This document shows, piece by piece, positions 18,721 through 28,128 of a stretch of DNA of 64,000 nucleotides. The notes under the pieces were generated by a model, which searched no databases, was not told where the DNA came from, and saw only the letters and a list, made by a program, of their open reading frames with translations. The first letter of the stretch is position 1; each line of letters begins with the position of its first letter. The stretch spans positions 160,001 through 224,000 of the forward strand of contig CAWDVR010000003.1 in assembly GCA_963805975.1 (NCBI GenBank), written 5' to 3'. Both the position numbers and the translations under genes were made by a program. The DNA is from an uncultured Acidobacteriota bacterium. Its GTDB lineage: Bacteria; Acidobacteriota; Thermoanaerobaculia; Multivoradales; SZUA-115.

Positions 18721-20886
18721 ATGGCGCGGTCGCGCCGGCAGCGCGGATTCACCGCCGCGCGCTTGCTCCTGGCGGCGGCGGTGCTCGCGGGGGCTGCCGG
18801 CTGCGGTGGTAGCCCTCCCGGCGGAGCCACAGGCTCGAGGCCCAGCCTTCTCCTCGTCACCCTCGACACCGTACGGGCCGATCACCTCGGAAGCTACGGC
18901 TACGGCGAGGCCGAGACCCCGCACCTCGACCGCCTGGCGCGCCAGGGGCAGCGCTTCGAGCAGGCGATCACCGCGGCGCCGCTGACCCTTCCCGCGCACG
19001 CCACCTTGCTGACCGGCCTCCTGCCGGTGGAGCACGGCCTCCACGGCAACGGCCTCGGCGCTCTGGCCGAGACCACCGAGACCCTGGCCACGCGCCTCGC
19101 CGCCGCGGGCTACCGCACGGGCGCCTTCGTGGGCGCCTTCGTGCTCGACCGCCGCTTCGGCCTGGGACGTGGCTTCGAGGTCTACGACGACGCGATCGAC
19201 CGCTCGGGGCCGGCGGGGGGCAGCCTCGAGGCGGAGCGGGCCGGGAGCGAAGTGGTCGACCGGGCGCTCGCCTGGCTCGGCCAGCCGGACGAGCGGCCCT
19301 TCTTCGCCTGGGTCCACCTCTTCGACGCGCACGCTCCCTACGCACCGGCCGAGCCCTTTGCGGGCCGCCATCCGGGCCGGCCGTACGACGGCGAGATCGC
19401 GGCCGTGGACGCCCAGGTGGGGCGCCTGCTCGAGTGGTTGGCGGCCCGGGGCCCAGCAGGCAACGCCATCGTGGCCGCGGCCGGAGATCACGGCGAGGGC
19501 CTGGGCGATCACGGCGAGCTGACGCATGGCCTGCTGCTCTACGAGGCCACCCTCCGCGTGCCGCTCCTGGTCATGGCGCCGGGCCGGCTTCCCGCCGGGC
19601 GCGTGATCCATACCCCGGTCAGCCTGGCCGACCTGGCGCCCACGCTGGCGTCGCTCGCCGGCCAGCCTTTCACCGCGCCGCCCTCCGAGGCGCCGGCCCC
19701 GACCGTGCCGCGGGGGAGGGACCTCGCCGCCATCCTCGCCGCGGGCGGGGAGCCGCGCGACTCGGAGGTGGTGGCCGAGACCCGCTACCCGGAAGCCTTC
19801 GGCTGGAGCGGCCTGGCGGCGCTGCGCAAGGGGGCGCTCAAGTACATCGCGGCGCCGCGGCCGGAGCTCTACGACCTGGCCGAGGACCCGCGAGAGACCC
19901 GCAACCGGCTGATCGCCCAGGTCGTGCCCTCCGCAGCCGGCTTCGCGCACCGCCTGGCCGAGATCGTGCCGGCTGGGGCCGCAGCACCGGCCGTGGAAGT
20001 GGACCGCGCGACCCGCCAGCGGCTCGCGGCCCTGGGCTACGTGACGCCGCCCGAGGCCCGCCTTCCGGACGGCACTCCACGCCGCGATCCCAAGGACGCC
20101 GTCGAGCTGTTCCGGGGCTTCGAGGAGGCGCACCAGGCACGCACCGAGGGTCGCGCGAAGGACGCGCAGCAGCGGCTCGAGGGGCTGGTGGCCGCCGACC
20201 CGGCGAACTCCGTGTTCCGGGCCGAGCTGGCCGCGGCCCTGCGGGAGACCGGCGACCTCGACAGCGCCGTCGCGTTCTACCGGCAGGCGGTAGCGCTCTC
20301 GCCTGGGGACCCCGACGCCTGGTACAGCCTGGCGACCGCTCTGGCGGAGAAGGGCAATCACGGGGAAGCGCTCGTCGCTCTCGATGCGGCCCTCCAGCAA
20401 GACGCCAAGCGGCCCGATGCGTGGAACGCACTGGGCGTCGCCTACGCGGCCTCCGGCAAGCCGCGGGACGCCGAGGCCGCCCTCGAGAAGGCGGTGGCTC
20501 TCGACCCCCGCAACGCGCGCGCCTGGAACAATCTCGGCAACGCGCGGCGCGACCTGGGCGAGACACCGGCCGCGGTCGAGGCCTACCAGCGCGCCGTGGC
20601 CCTCGCGCCCGACTACGCGGACCCACTCAACGGGCTCGGCACCCTCGAAGTGGCACGCGATCGGCCGGCTGCGGCACTCCCCTATTTTGAGAGGGCCCTC
20701 ACCCTGAACCCGAAACTGCACGAAGTGCGGCTCAACCGCGCGATCTCGCTCGAGCTCTCGGGCGACCGTACGGCGGCGATCACCGCGTATCAGGACTTTC
20801 TTGCCCGGGCCGAGGGCGATCCGTCCTTCGCCCGCGAGCGGCAGGCCGCCGAGCGGCTGCTGGCCCGCTTGACCCGAGGCGGGTAG
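18721..20886 (+). CDS. Sulfatase-like (alkaline phosphatase superfamily) lipoprotein with C-terminal TPR repeats
   Basis: LLVTLDTVRADHLG, LTLPAHATLLTG, WVHLFDAH, GDHGEGLGDHGE; TPR repeats (AWNNLG). Confidence 0.9.
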   Translation: MARSRRQRGFTAARLLLAAAVLAGAAGCGGSPPGGATGSRPSLLLVTLDTVRADHLGSYGYGEAETPHLDRLARQGQRFEQAITAAPLTLPAHATLLTGLLPVEHGLHGNGLGALAETTETLATRLAAAGYRTGAFVGAFVLDRRFGLGRGFEVYDDAIDRSGPAGGSLEAERAGSEVVDRALAWLGQPDERPFFAWVHLFDAHAPYAPAEPFAGRHPGRPYDGEIAAVDAQVGRLLEWLAARGPAGNAIVAAAGDHGEGLGDHGELTHGLLLYEATLRVPLLVMAPGRLPAGRVIHTPVSLADLAPTLASLAGQPFTAPPSEAPAPTVPRGRDLAAILAAGGEPRDSEVVAETRYPEAFGWSGLAALRKGALKYIAAPRPELYDLAEDPRETRNRLIAQVVPSAAGFAHRLAEIVPAGAAAPAVEVDRATRQRLAALGYVTPPEARLPDGTPRRDPKDAVELFRGFEEAHQARTEGRAKDAQQRLEGLVAADPANSVFRAELAAALRETGDLDSAVAFYRQAVALSPGDPDAWYSLATALAEKGNHGEALVALDAALQQDAKRPDAWNALGVAYAASGKPRDAEAALEKAVALDPRNARAWNNLGNARRDLGETPAAVEAYQRAVALAPDYADPLNGLGTLEVARDRPAAALPYFERALTLNPKLHEVRLNRAISLELSGDRTAAITAYQDFLARAEGDPSFARERQAAERLLARLTRGG

Positions 20887-21007
20887 CAGAGGCGCGAGAG
20901 GAGGTGAGCGGGTAAGACGAGTCGGCGCGCTTTCCGGTCTCCTCGGATGCCGGTTTCTCAGTGGATGACTTTGACGTGGATGAGCTCGACCTAGAAAAGG
21001 AGATGTG

Positions 21008-23893
21008 ATGGCAGCTACAAGGTTCCGCAAGAGATTTGGTTCATGGTTGGGGCCGATGATGGCCCTGGCGCTGGTGGCGCTCGCGATGGCCCCCGCCGCT
21101 CTCGCGCAGTCCGGCGCCGGCGCCCTCGAGGGCACGGTCATCGACAAGGACGGCTCCGCGCTGCCGGGGGTCACGGTGACGGCGACCAACCCGGAGACCG
21201 GTTTCACCCGCGTCGCCACCACCGAGGCCGACGGCGGCTTCCGCCTCGCCGCGCTGCCGGCGGGCGACTACGAAGTGACCTTCGAGCTCTCCGGCTTCGG
21301 CACCGTGACCCAGGAAGCGGTCAAGGTCAACGTCGCCTCGGCCCGCACGCTCGAGGTGACGCTCTCGGTGGCGACCCTCGAAGAGGCGATCACCGTCACC
21401 AGCGAGGCGCCGCTCATCGCCAGCGAGGCCTCGATGGGCACGGTGGTCTCCCAGAAGGAGCTCGAGAGCCTGCCCTTGAACGGCCGGCAGTTCGCCAACC
21501 TGGCGGTGCTGGCGCCCGGCACCAGCCTGTCCTACAACTCGGACCCCACCAAGCCCGGCCAGTTGACCGTGGCGCTCAACGGCGGCATCGGCAGGAACGT
21601 CAACTACGTGATGGACGGCGGCGACAACACCGACGACACCATCGGCGGCGCGCTCCAGAACTTCAATCTCGAGGCGGTCCAGGAGTTCAAGATCCAGACC
21701 GGGCAGTACAAGGCGGAGTACGGCCGCTCCTCGGGCGGCGTGCTGACGGTGGTCACCAAGACCGGCACCAACAACTTCTCGGGCAGCGTCTACGGCTTCT
21801 TCCGCGACGACAGCCTGAACTCGAAGACCGAGACCGAGAGCAACGCCGGCATCGACAAGCAGCCCTACGAGCGCCAGCAGTTCGGCGGCTCGCTGGGCGG
21901 CCCCATCGTGCGCGACAAGGCGCACTTCTTCGCCACCTACGAGAAGACCGACCGCGAGACGGCGTACACGGTCGACAGCGGCGGCATCGAGCCCGGGCTC
22001 GACGGCCAGTCCTTCGCGCTGCCTTTCGAGGACGAGCTGATCACCGCCAAGGGAACCTACGACGTCAACGCCAAGCAGTATCTCCAGGTGCGCTACGGCT
22101 ACCAGAAGAACGCCGACAAGTACGGCGCCGCCGCGCTCACCGCGCCCGAGACGCTGGGCACGGTGTCGAACGAGTACAGCTCGATCCTCGGTGGCTGGAC
22201 CGCGCAGCTCGGCTCCGACCGCCTGAACGAGTTCGTCTTCCAGTACACCAAGTTCGACAACGTGATCACCGCCGACTCTGTGGCGCCGACCATCTACTAC
22301 CCGAGCGGCTTCACGCGCGGCCAGAACATCAACACGCCGCAGTCGACGCATCAGATCAAGTACCAGTACAGCGACGATTTCAGCTTCTCCACCGATCTCG
22401 GCGGCCGCCGCAACGACTTCAAGACCGGCGTCAACTACATCCACGAGCCGGAGCTCGGCGGCGACTTCTCGACCGGCCTCGCGGGGCAGTACTCGCGCCT
22501 CGCCAACAGCACCAGCGCCCCGATCTCCGACATCACGATCTACGGCGGGTTCTTCGGCGAGTCGACGCCGGTCGACCAGTACAGCGTCTACTTCCAGGAC
22601 GACCTGTACCTGAACGATCGGCTGACCCTCAACCTCGGCTTCCGCTACGACTACTGGGAGGGCTTCGACCTCGACCAGCGGTCGAACCCGATCTGGCAGA
22701 CGCTCTCCACCCAGACCACCTACAACGAGTACTACCTGCGCGACTTCCAGGGCGGCAGGGGCGGCAAGCTCTCGAACGACGACGACAACTACGCGCCGCG
22801 TCTCGGCTTCACCTGGGACGTGAGCGGCGACGGCCGGCGGGTGCTGCGCGGCGGCATCGGTCGCTTCTACGACTTCCCCTACACCAACGCCACCGTCCTC
22901 TTCCCGACCGCCGCCGTGCAGTCGAACTACGGCGTGATCTACAACCACAACGAACCCACCGGCATCACCAACCCCGACGGCTCCTTCTTCCAGCCCGGCC
23001 AGCCGCTGCCGCCGAACGAGCTTCCCGGCGCGGACGTCTTCCCGCCGAACGAGGTCGCGTCGCCGACGCTTGCCACCCCGTACTCGGACCAGATCTCGCT
23101 CGGCTATTCCTGGCAGGTCAACAACTGGCTGGGCCTCAATTTCGAGGCGATCTCGGTGCGCTACCGGGACATCCCGTTCCGCTTCCGCGCCAACCCGGTC
23201 GACCCGGCCACCGGCGAGCGCCGTTTCTCCGACTTCGCCAACTTCCGGCTCTGGTATGGCGACGGTGAGGCCGACTACGACGGTCTGAACATCGGTTTCC
23301 GCGTGCGGCGCGACAACTTCGAGGTGCAGGGCTTCTACACTCTCTCGGAGTCCGAGGGCAACGTGCTCGCCGGCGCCGACGAGTTCCGCCTCACGGACGT
23401 GAACTACCAGCCCAGCCTCACCCAGGGCCGCGACGTGTCGGTGAACCCGCTCGACCCGCTGTGCGGCGCCTGCATCGGCCCGCTCAACACCGACGCCCGC
23501 CACCGCTTCACCCTGGGCGGCACCTACAACGCGCCGTGGGGGATCAACCTCTCCGGCATGCTGCGCTACCGCTCGGCGACGCCCTACACCATTCACTCGG
23601 CCGACGACCTGAACGGCGACGGCTTCCGGCTCGACCTTCCCGCCGGTGTCGACCACGTCAACTCCGAGCGTGGCGACTCCTTCTCGCAGGTCGACCTGCG
23701 GGTGTCGCGTGAGTTCCGCATCTCGGGCGACATGTCGGTCGAGGCGATCGCCGAAGTGTTCAACCTGTTCAACGAGGAGAACCCGGCGCTCTTCATCCCG
23801 GCCGGCAACAGCCTCCAGGCGACGGCCTTCGCCGGCGACCCGCTGCAGGGCGAGCAGCAGTTGATCCAGCTCGGCGTGCGCTTCCGCTTCTAG
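21008..23893 (+). CDS. TonB-dependent receptor with N-terminal carboxypeptidase-regulatory-like domain (Oar-like)
   Basis: ALPGVTVT, LPLNGRQFANL, YKAEYGRSSGGV, APRLGFTWD; ends GVRFRF. Confidence 0.93.
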   Translation: MAATRFRKRFGSWLGPMMALALVALAMAPAALAQSGAGALEGTVIDKDGSALPGVTVTATNPETGFTRVATTEADGGFRLAALPAGDYEVTFELSGFGTVTQEAVKVNVASARTLEVTLSVATLEEAITVTSEAPLIASEASMGTVVSQKELESLPLNGRQFANLAVLAPGTSLSYNSDPTKPGQLTVALNGGIGRNVNYVMDGGDNTDDTIGGALQNFNLEAVQEFKIQTGQYKAEYGRSSGGVLTVVTKTGTNNFSGSVYGFFRDDSLNSKTETESNAGIDKQPYERQQFGGSLGGPIVRDKAHFFATYEKTDRETAYTVDSGGIEPGLDGQSFALPFEDELITAKGTYDVNAKQYLQVRYGYQKNADKYGAAALTAPETLGTVSNEYSSILGGWTAQLGSDRLNEFVFQYTKFDNVITADSVAPTIYYPSGFTRGQNINTPQSTHQIKYQYSDDFSFSTDLGGRRNDFKTGVNYIHEPELGGDFSTGLAGQYSRLANSTSAPISDITIYGGFFGESTPVDQYSVYFQDDLYLNDRLTLNLGFRYDYWEGFDLDQRSNPIWQTLSTQTTYNEYYLRDFQGGRGGKLSNDDDNYAPRLGFTWDVSGDGRRVLRGGIGRFYDFPYTNATVLFPTAAVQSNYGVIYNHNEPTGITNPDGSFFQPGQPLPPNELPGADVFPPNEVASPTLATPYSDQISLGYSWQVNNWLGLNFEAISVRYRDIPFRFRANPVDPATGERRFSDFANFRLWYGDGEADYDGLNIGFRVRRDNFEVQGFYTLSESEGNVLAGADEFRLTDVNYQPSLTQGRDVSVNPLDPLCGACIGPLNTDARHRFTLGGTYNAPWGINLSGMLRYRSATPYTIHSADDLNGDGFRLDLPAGVDHVNSERGDSFSQVDLRVSREFRISGDMSVEAIAEVFNLFNEENPALFIPAGNSLQATAFAGDPLQGEQQLIQLGVRFRF

Positions 23894-23920
23894 AGATCTG
23901 GCTTCGAGGCAGTGGGGGAG

Positions 23921-23946
23921 AGGGCGCCGGTGACGGCGCCCTTTTT
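23921..23946 (+). terminator. Rho-independent terminator
   Basis: agggcgccg-GTGA-cggcgccct followed by a T-run, 27 bp after the TonB receptor stop. Confidence 0.85.
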
Positions 23947-23962
23947 CTATGAGGGCGCTGCC

Positions 23963-24856
23963 TCAGCGCTGCCGGTGCCGCCGCGGCGCCGGGCTCTCCT
24001 GGCGCCTGATGACAGGGGCGGCAGGCGCCGGAGGCTCCGTTACCGGCGTCGCGGAGCGCAGCGGCAGGAGCTCCCCCTCGCCCGGATAGCGGATGCGCTC
24101 GAGGAAGAGGCCGGAGGCCGGTGCCGTCCACTCGGCCGGGGTACCGAGGCCGGGGGCCAGCGGGCGCGCCGCGACCAGGCCCTCGAAGGCGGCCAGCGGC
24201 AGCGCGCCGGTGCCAATCCGCACCAGGGCCCCGGTCAACCGGCGCACCATGCGCCACAGGAAGTGGGAGGCGGTGAAGCGCAGCAGGACGAGGGCGCCCT
24301 CTTCGACGATCTCCACGCTCTCCACCTCGACCAGTGTGCTCGCCTGCTCTTCGGCACCCTCGGCGAAGAGGCGGAAGTCGTGGCGGCCGGCGAGGAGCGC
24401 CGCCGCCTGCCGCATTCGGCCGAGGTCCAGGGGATCCTTCACCCACCACACGAAGCGCTTGGCAAAGGCCGTGCGCCGGCGCGAGAGCTGGTAGAGGTAG
24501 GAGCGCGACACGGCTTCGTGGCGGGCGTGGAAGCGGGGCGTCGCGGGGGTGACGGCAAGCACCTGGATGCTGCCCGGCAGGCGCTCCCGGAGCGCGTGCT
24601 CGAGCGCCTCCGGCTGGATCTTCTTCGCCAGCCGCAGGTGCGCCACCTGCCCGAGCGCGTGCACGCCGGCGTCCGTGCGGCCGGCACCGCCGAGCTCGAT
24701 CACCGAGCAGCCCGCGTCCTTGAGCGCCGCCTTGATCTCGCCGGCCACGGTCTTGGCGTTCTTCTGCTCCTGCCAGCCCGAGAAGCGCGTGCCGTCGTAC
24801 TCGACGAGCAGGCGGTAGGTGTTGGGGCTGGCGGCGCGAACGTTCTCTGGTCTCAT
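23963..24856 (-). CDS. truA: tRNA pseudouridine(38-40) synthase TruA family
   Basis: EYDGTRFSGWQ, AGRTDAGVHALGQ, FHAR, FLWRMVR, TAPASGLFL. Confidence 0.92.
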   Translation of the reverse strand: MRPENVRAASPNTYRLLVEYDGTRFSGWQEQKNAKTVAGEIKAALKDAGCSVIELGGAGRTDAGVHALGQVAHLRLAKKIQPEALEHALRERLPGSIQVLAVTPATPRFHARHEAVSRSYLYQLSRRRTAFAKRFVWWVKDPLDLGRMRQAAALLAGRHDFRLFAEGAEEQASTLVEVESVEIVEEGALVLLRFTASHFLWRMVRRLTGALVRIGTGALPLAAFEGLVAARPLAPGLGTPAEWTAPASGLFLERIRYPGEGELLPLRSATPVTEPPAPAAPVIRRQESPAPRRHRQR

Positions 24857-25021
24857 CACGGCGATCCTACCGCGCGGCCTCCGCGCGAACACGGCCGGCA
24901 CGGGTCCGGCCAGAGAAGACGGCCGGCACGGGTCCGGCCGCTACGGTCAGACCTGGTTGCGCGACCTACTTCCGGACGTAGCGGCCGGGCTTGTCCCGGC
25001 CGAGCGATGATGCGAGAGCAA

Positions 25022-26071
25022 TCACGGCCGGATCCTTGCACCGTGCACGGCTTTCCACCGCTTCTTCTCGGCGTAGGCCGCGCCGCCTTCGGCACGGTCG
25101 GCGAGGTATGTCTCTTCGCGCCGCAGCTTGTCGTAGCCGGCCTTGCGCTCGGCGTCCAACCGGCCGGCGGCCACGGCCGCCTCGACCGCGCAGCCCGGCT
25201 CGCCCTGGTGCCGGCAGTCCCGAAACTGGCAGGCTGCGGCTAGCGCCTCGATGTCGTCGAACACCTCGGCCAGCGCCTCGTGGCCGCCGGCGAGGCCCAG
25301 CTCGCGCAGGCCGGGCGTGTCGAGCAGCAGGCCGCCCGCGGGGAGGGGGATCAGCTCCCGTCGCGTGGTGGCGTGCCGGCCGCGGTCGTCGCCGGCACGG
25401 ATCTCGGCCACCGCCTGCCGGTCGGAGCCCAGGAGCGCGTTGACCAGCGTCGACTTGCCGGCGCCGGAGGAGCCGAGGAGCGCCACGGTCAGGCCGCGGC
25501 CGAGATAGCTGCCGAGCGCGTCGAGCCCCGTCCTCTCTCGTGCGCTCACCAGATGCACGGGTGAACCGGCGGCCACCGCCTGGACCTCGCGGGCGAGAAG
25601 CCCCGGATCGGCGGCGAGATCGGCCTTCGAGAGCACGAGCACCGGCCGCGCGCCGGACTGCCGTACCACCGCCAGGTAGCGCTCGAGCCGGCGCGGGTTC
25701 AGATCCTGGTTGAGCGAGCTGACGATCAGCACGGTGTCCACGTTGGCGGCGAGGACCTGCGTCTCGCCCGTGTCTCCGGCGGCGCGGCGCGCGATCGTGG
25801 TGCGCCGGGGCAGCACGGCATGGACGATCGCCGGGCCGCCGGGGAAGGCCTGGAAGGCCACCCAGTCGCCGACCGCGGGCAGCTCGGCCCGGTTCTCGGC
25901 GCGATAGCGGAGCGCGCCCGTGGGCTCGGCCACGAGCTCGCCCCCCGCCGTCAACAGCCGGTAGATCTCGTGTGCTTCGGTGGCGACACGGCCGGCCGCG
26001 AGGCCCCGTGCCGCGAAAGGTCGAAAGTCTCGTTCGAAGAGCTCATTCCAGCCAAAGTCGTGAAGGCTCAC
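25022..26071 (-). CDS. rsgA: Ribosome small subunit-dependent GTPase A
   Basis: GTG start after GGAGG; AVGDWV, LSKAD, GSSGAGKST, GRHATT, DTPGLRE, CQFRDCRHQGEPGCAV. Confidence 0.95.
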   Translation of the reverse strand: MSLHDFGWNELFERDFRPFAARGLAAGRVATEAHEIYRLLTAGGELVAEPTGALRYRAENRAELPAVGDWVAFQAFPGGPAIVHAVLPRRTTIARRAAGDTGETQVLAANVDTVLIVSSLNQDLNPRRLERYLAVVRQSGARPVLVLSKADLAADPGLLAREVQAVAAGSPVHLVSARERTGLDALGSYLGRGLTVALLGSSGAGKSTLVNALLGSDRQAVAEIRAGDDRGRHATTRRELIPLPAGGLLLDTPGLRELGLAGGHEALAEVFDDIEALAAACQFRDCRHQGEPGCAVEAAVAAGRLDAERKAGYDKLRREETYLADRAEGGAAYAEKKRWKAVHGARIRP

Positions 26072-26405
26072 GCCGTCTCCTCCCAGTCGAGTCGTTGGGT
26101 GAAGCGAGGAGAGGGACGGCGGGGTCGCCGCACCGGCCCGGTGAGCACGGCTCACGCGACCGGTGCGGCACGCCGCATCGTCCCAGAGCGCTCGGCCCCG
26201 GTGCGCCGCTCTGGGGCGCCGGGGCGAGGCTCAGTCAGCGGAGGGCAAGATCTGCGTTTTTCAGCGGCCTTGAAACCACGGCCGGGAGGTTAGCACGAGC
26301 CTCCCGGGCCGCGCGTCGCCGCGTATGGCGTGTAGTTGAAAGACAGCTCGTACTGGCTCTCGTGGCCGGTCCAGTAGAGCGGCGAGCCCTACGGCAGGAA
26401 GTAGC

Positions 26406-27263
26406 TCACTCGTCCGCGTGGACGATCGTCCCCACGTGCTCGCCCGCGAGCGCCCGTGCCAGGAGCTCGGGCTTGCCGCCGTCGATCAACTGGAAGCGCC
26501 GCACCAGCCGCGAGCGCTCGAGCAGGTCGATGAGCACCTCGTCGAAGGGCAGGGTCCGCAGCTTCTTGGCCTTGAGCTCGGCGACGCTGATCTCCGGGAT
26601 AAAGGCGGCGTCGGGTTGAATCTTGGGATCGGCCTCGTAGAGGCCGGCCACGTCCTTGACCAGCGTCAGGCTCTTGCAGCCGAAGCACTCGGCCACCAGG
26701 TACGAGCCGGCGTCGGTGCGGTGGGGCGGGATGCGGCCGATCGCCGGCGGGTGCTCCCACAGCGAGTAGGGCGGGTCGCCGTTGAAGATCACCCCCGGCG
26801 CGCTCTTCAGGAACAGCGGCAGGAGGTGGCCGAAGAGCTCGGGCGGGATCGCCACCACGCCCTGGGGAGCGAGCAGCGTGCCCAGGATGTGCGCGTTGCC
26901 GAGCGCGTCGGCGAGCGCGAGCTGCGCGAGGACGCCGGTGGGCAGGCCCAGGTCGAGACCGATCGAGAACACGTGCCGGCTGCGCACTCCGCCGCCGGTC
27001 GAGAGGATCAGCTTGTGCGTGGCGAGCGCCTGGTTCAAGGCCGCGACCACGGGCAGCAGGGCCTCGGCGCCGCGGTCGACGATCGAGCGCCCGCCGATCT
27101 TGACCACGTGCGCGTCGGGCAGCATGCGCACCAGCGGCCGGTGGTTGTCCGTCGCAGCCACCAGGTCTCGGTCGATCAGGCTCTCGCGGGCGAGGAGGGA
27201 TTCGACGTGGTGCCGGCGGTCGCCGGGAGCCGCCGGGGAATCGGTTCGGTTCGGGTTCATCAT
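26406..27263 (-). CDS. mosA: Molybdenum storage protein alpha-like subunit (amino-acid kinase fold)
   Basis: HVESLLARESLIDRDL, VVKIGG, RSRHVFSIGLDLGLP, RIPPHRTD, GEHVGT resemble the recalled Azotobacter MosA sequence. Confidence 0.75.
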   Translation of the reverse strand: MMNPNRTDSPAAPGDRRHHVESLLARESLIDRDLVAATDNHRPLVRMLPDAHVVKIGGRSIVDRGAEALLPVVAALNQALATHKLILSTGGGVRSRHVFSIGLDLGLPTGVLAQLALADALGNAHILGTLLAPQGVVAIPPELFGHLLPLFLKSAPGVIFNGDPPYSLWEHPPAIGRIPPHRTDAGSYLVAECFGCKSLTLVKDVAGLYEADPKIQPDAAFIPEISVAELKAKKLRTLPFDEVLIDLLERSRLVRRFQLIDGGKPELLARALAGEHVGTIVHADE

Positions 27264-27300
27264 CGGTCTCCGATCGTCATGGCTCGATCCGCGGTGATCC

Positions 27301-28128
27301 TCAATCCGCGGTGATCAGCGTGCCCACGTCCTCACCCTCGAGCGCCCGCGTCAGGTTGCCCGGCACCAGGCCGTTGATCACCCGCACCTCGCGCCGGTGC
27401 TGGGCGTGCTCCATCAGATCGAGCACCGCGCGCTCGACGACCAGGTCGGGAAGATCCATGGCCTTGAGCTCGGCGACCGTGACCTTGGGAATGAGCTTCG
27501 CGCCGCGGTCCTTCTTGGGATCGGCGGTGTAGAGGCCGTCCTCGTCCTTGACGTAGATCATCGAGCGGGCGCCGAAGACCTCGCTCACCAGGTAGGCGCC
27601 GGTGTCCGTGCGGTGGGGCGGGATGCGGCCCACCGCCGGGTTCTGCTGCCAGAAGGTGTAGGGCGGCATGCCGAAGAAGACCACCGCACGGCGCTCGGCC
27701 AGGTAGAGCGGGAGCTGCGGGAACTGAGCCGGCTCGATGAACGGGATGCCGTGGCGCGCCAGCAGGTAGTGGAGCATGCGCGCGTTCTGCATCGAGACGA
27801 AGGTGCCGAGCACGCTCATCACGCCGGTGGGCAGGCCGAGGTCGAGCGCCACGCTGTAGGCATGGCGGGCCCTGGTGCCGGCGCCGGTGCCGAGGATCAT
27901 CCGGTGCCGAGGCAGGTTGGCCATCACCTCCTCGAGCACCGGGAAGACGGCTTTCCGGCCGCGGTCGATGATGCTCTGGCCGCCGATCTTGATCACGTTG
28001 GCCTCGGGCAGGATGCGCTCGACCGGCCCGCCGGCCGTCTGCCGCAGAAGGTCCGGGTCGGAGAGCGACCCCTCGACCAGGTTCTTGCCCAAGGCGGTCA
28101 GCAGCTCGTCGTCGAGGCGTGTGCTCAA
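27301..28128 (-). CDS. mosB: Molybdenum storage protein beta-like subunit (amino-acid kinase fold)
   Basis: SLSDPDL, RILPEANVIKIGGQSIIDRG, GTGAGTRARH, GMPPY, YVKDEDGLYTADPK, NGLVPGNLTRAL resemble the recalled Azotobacter MosB sequence. Confidence 0.8.
   Translation of the reverse strand: MSTRLDDELLTALGKNLVEGSLSDPDLLRQTAGGPVERILPEANVIKIGGQSIIDRGRKAVFPVLEEVMANLPRHRMILGTGAGTRARHAYSVALDLGLPTGVMSVLGTFVSMQNARMLHYLLARHGIPFIEPAQFPQLPLYLAERRAVVFFGMPPYTFWQQNPAVGRIPPHRTDTGAYLVSEVFGARSMIYVKDEDGLYTADPKKDRGAKLIPKVTVAELKAMDLPDLVVERAVLDLMEHAQHRREVRVINGLVPGNLTRALEGEDVGTLITAD

Noticed and set aside
26406-28128. Annotation as uridylate kinase (pyrH)
   Set aside because: The tandem paralog pair with N-terminal extensions and IPPHRTD fits MosA/MosB better, and the rpsB-tsf-pyrH-frr context is absent.
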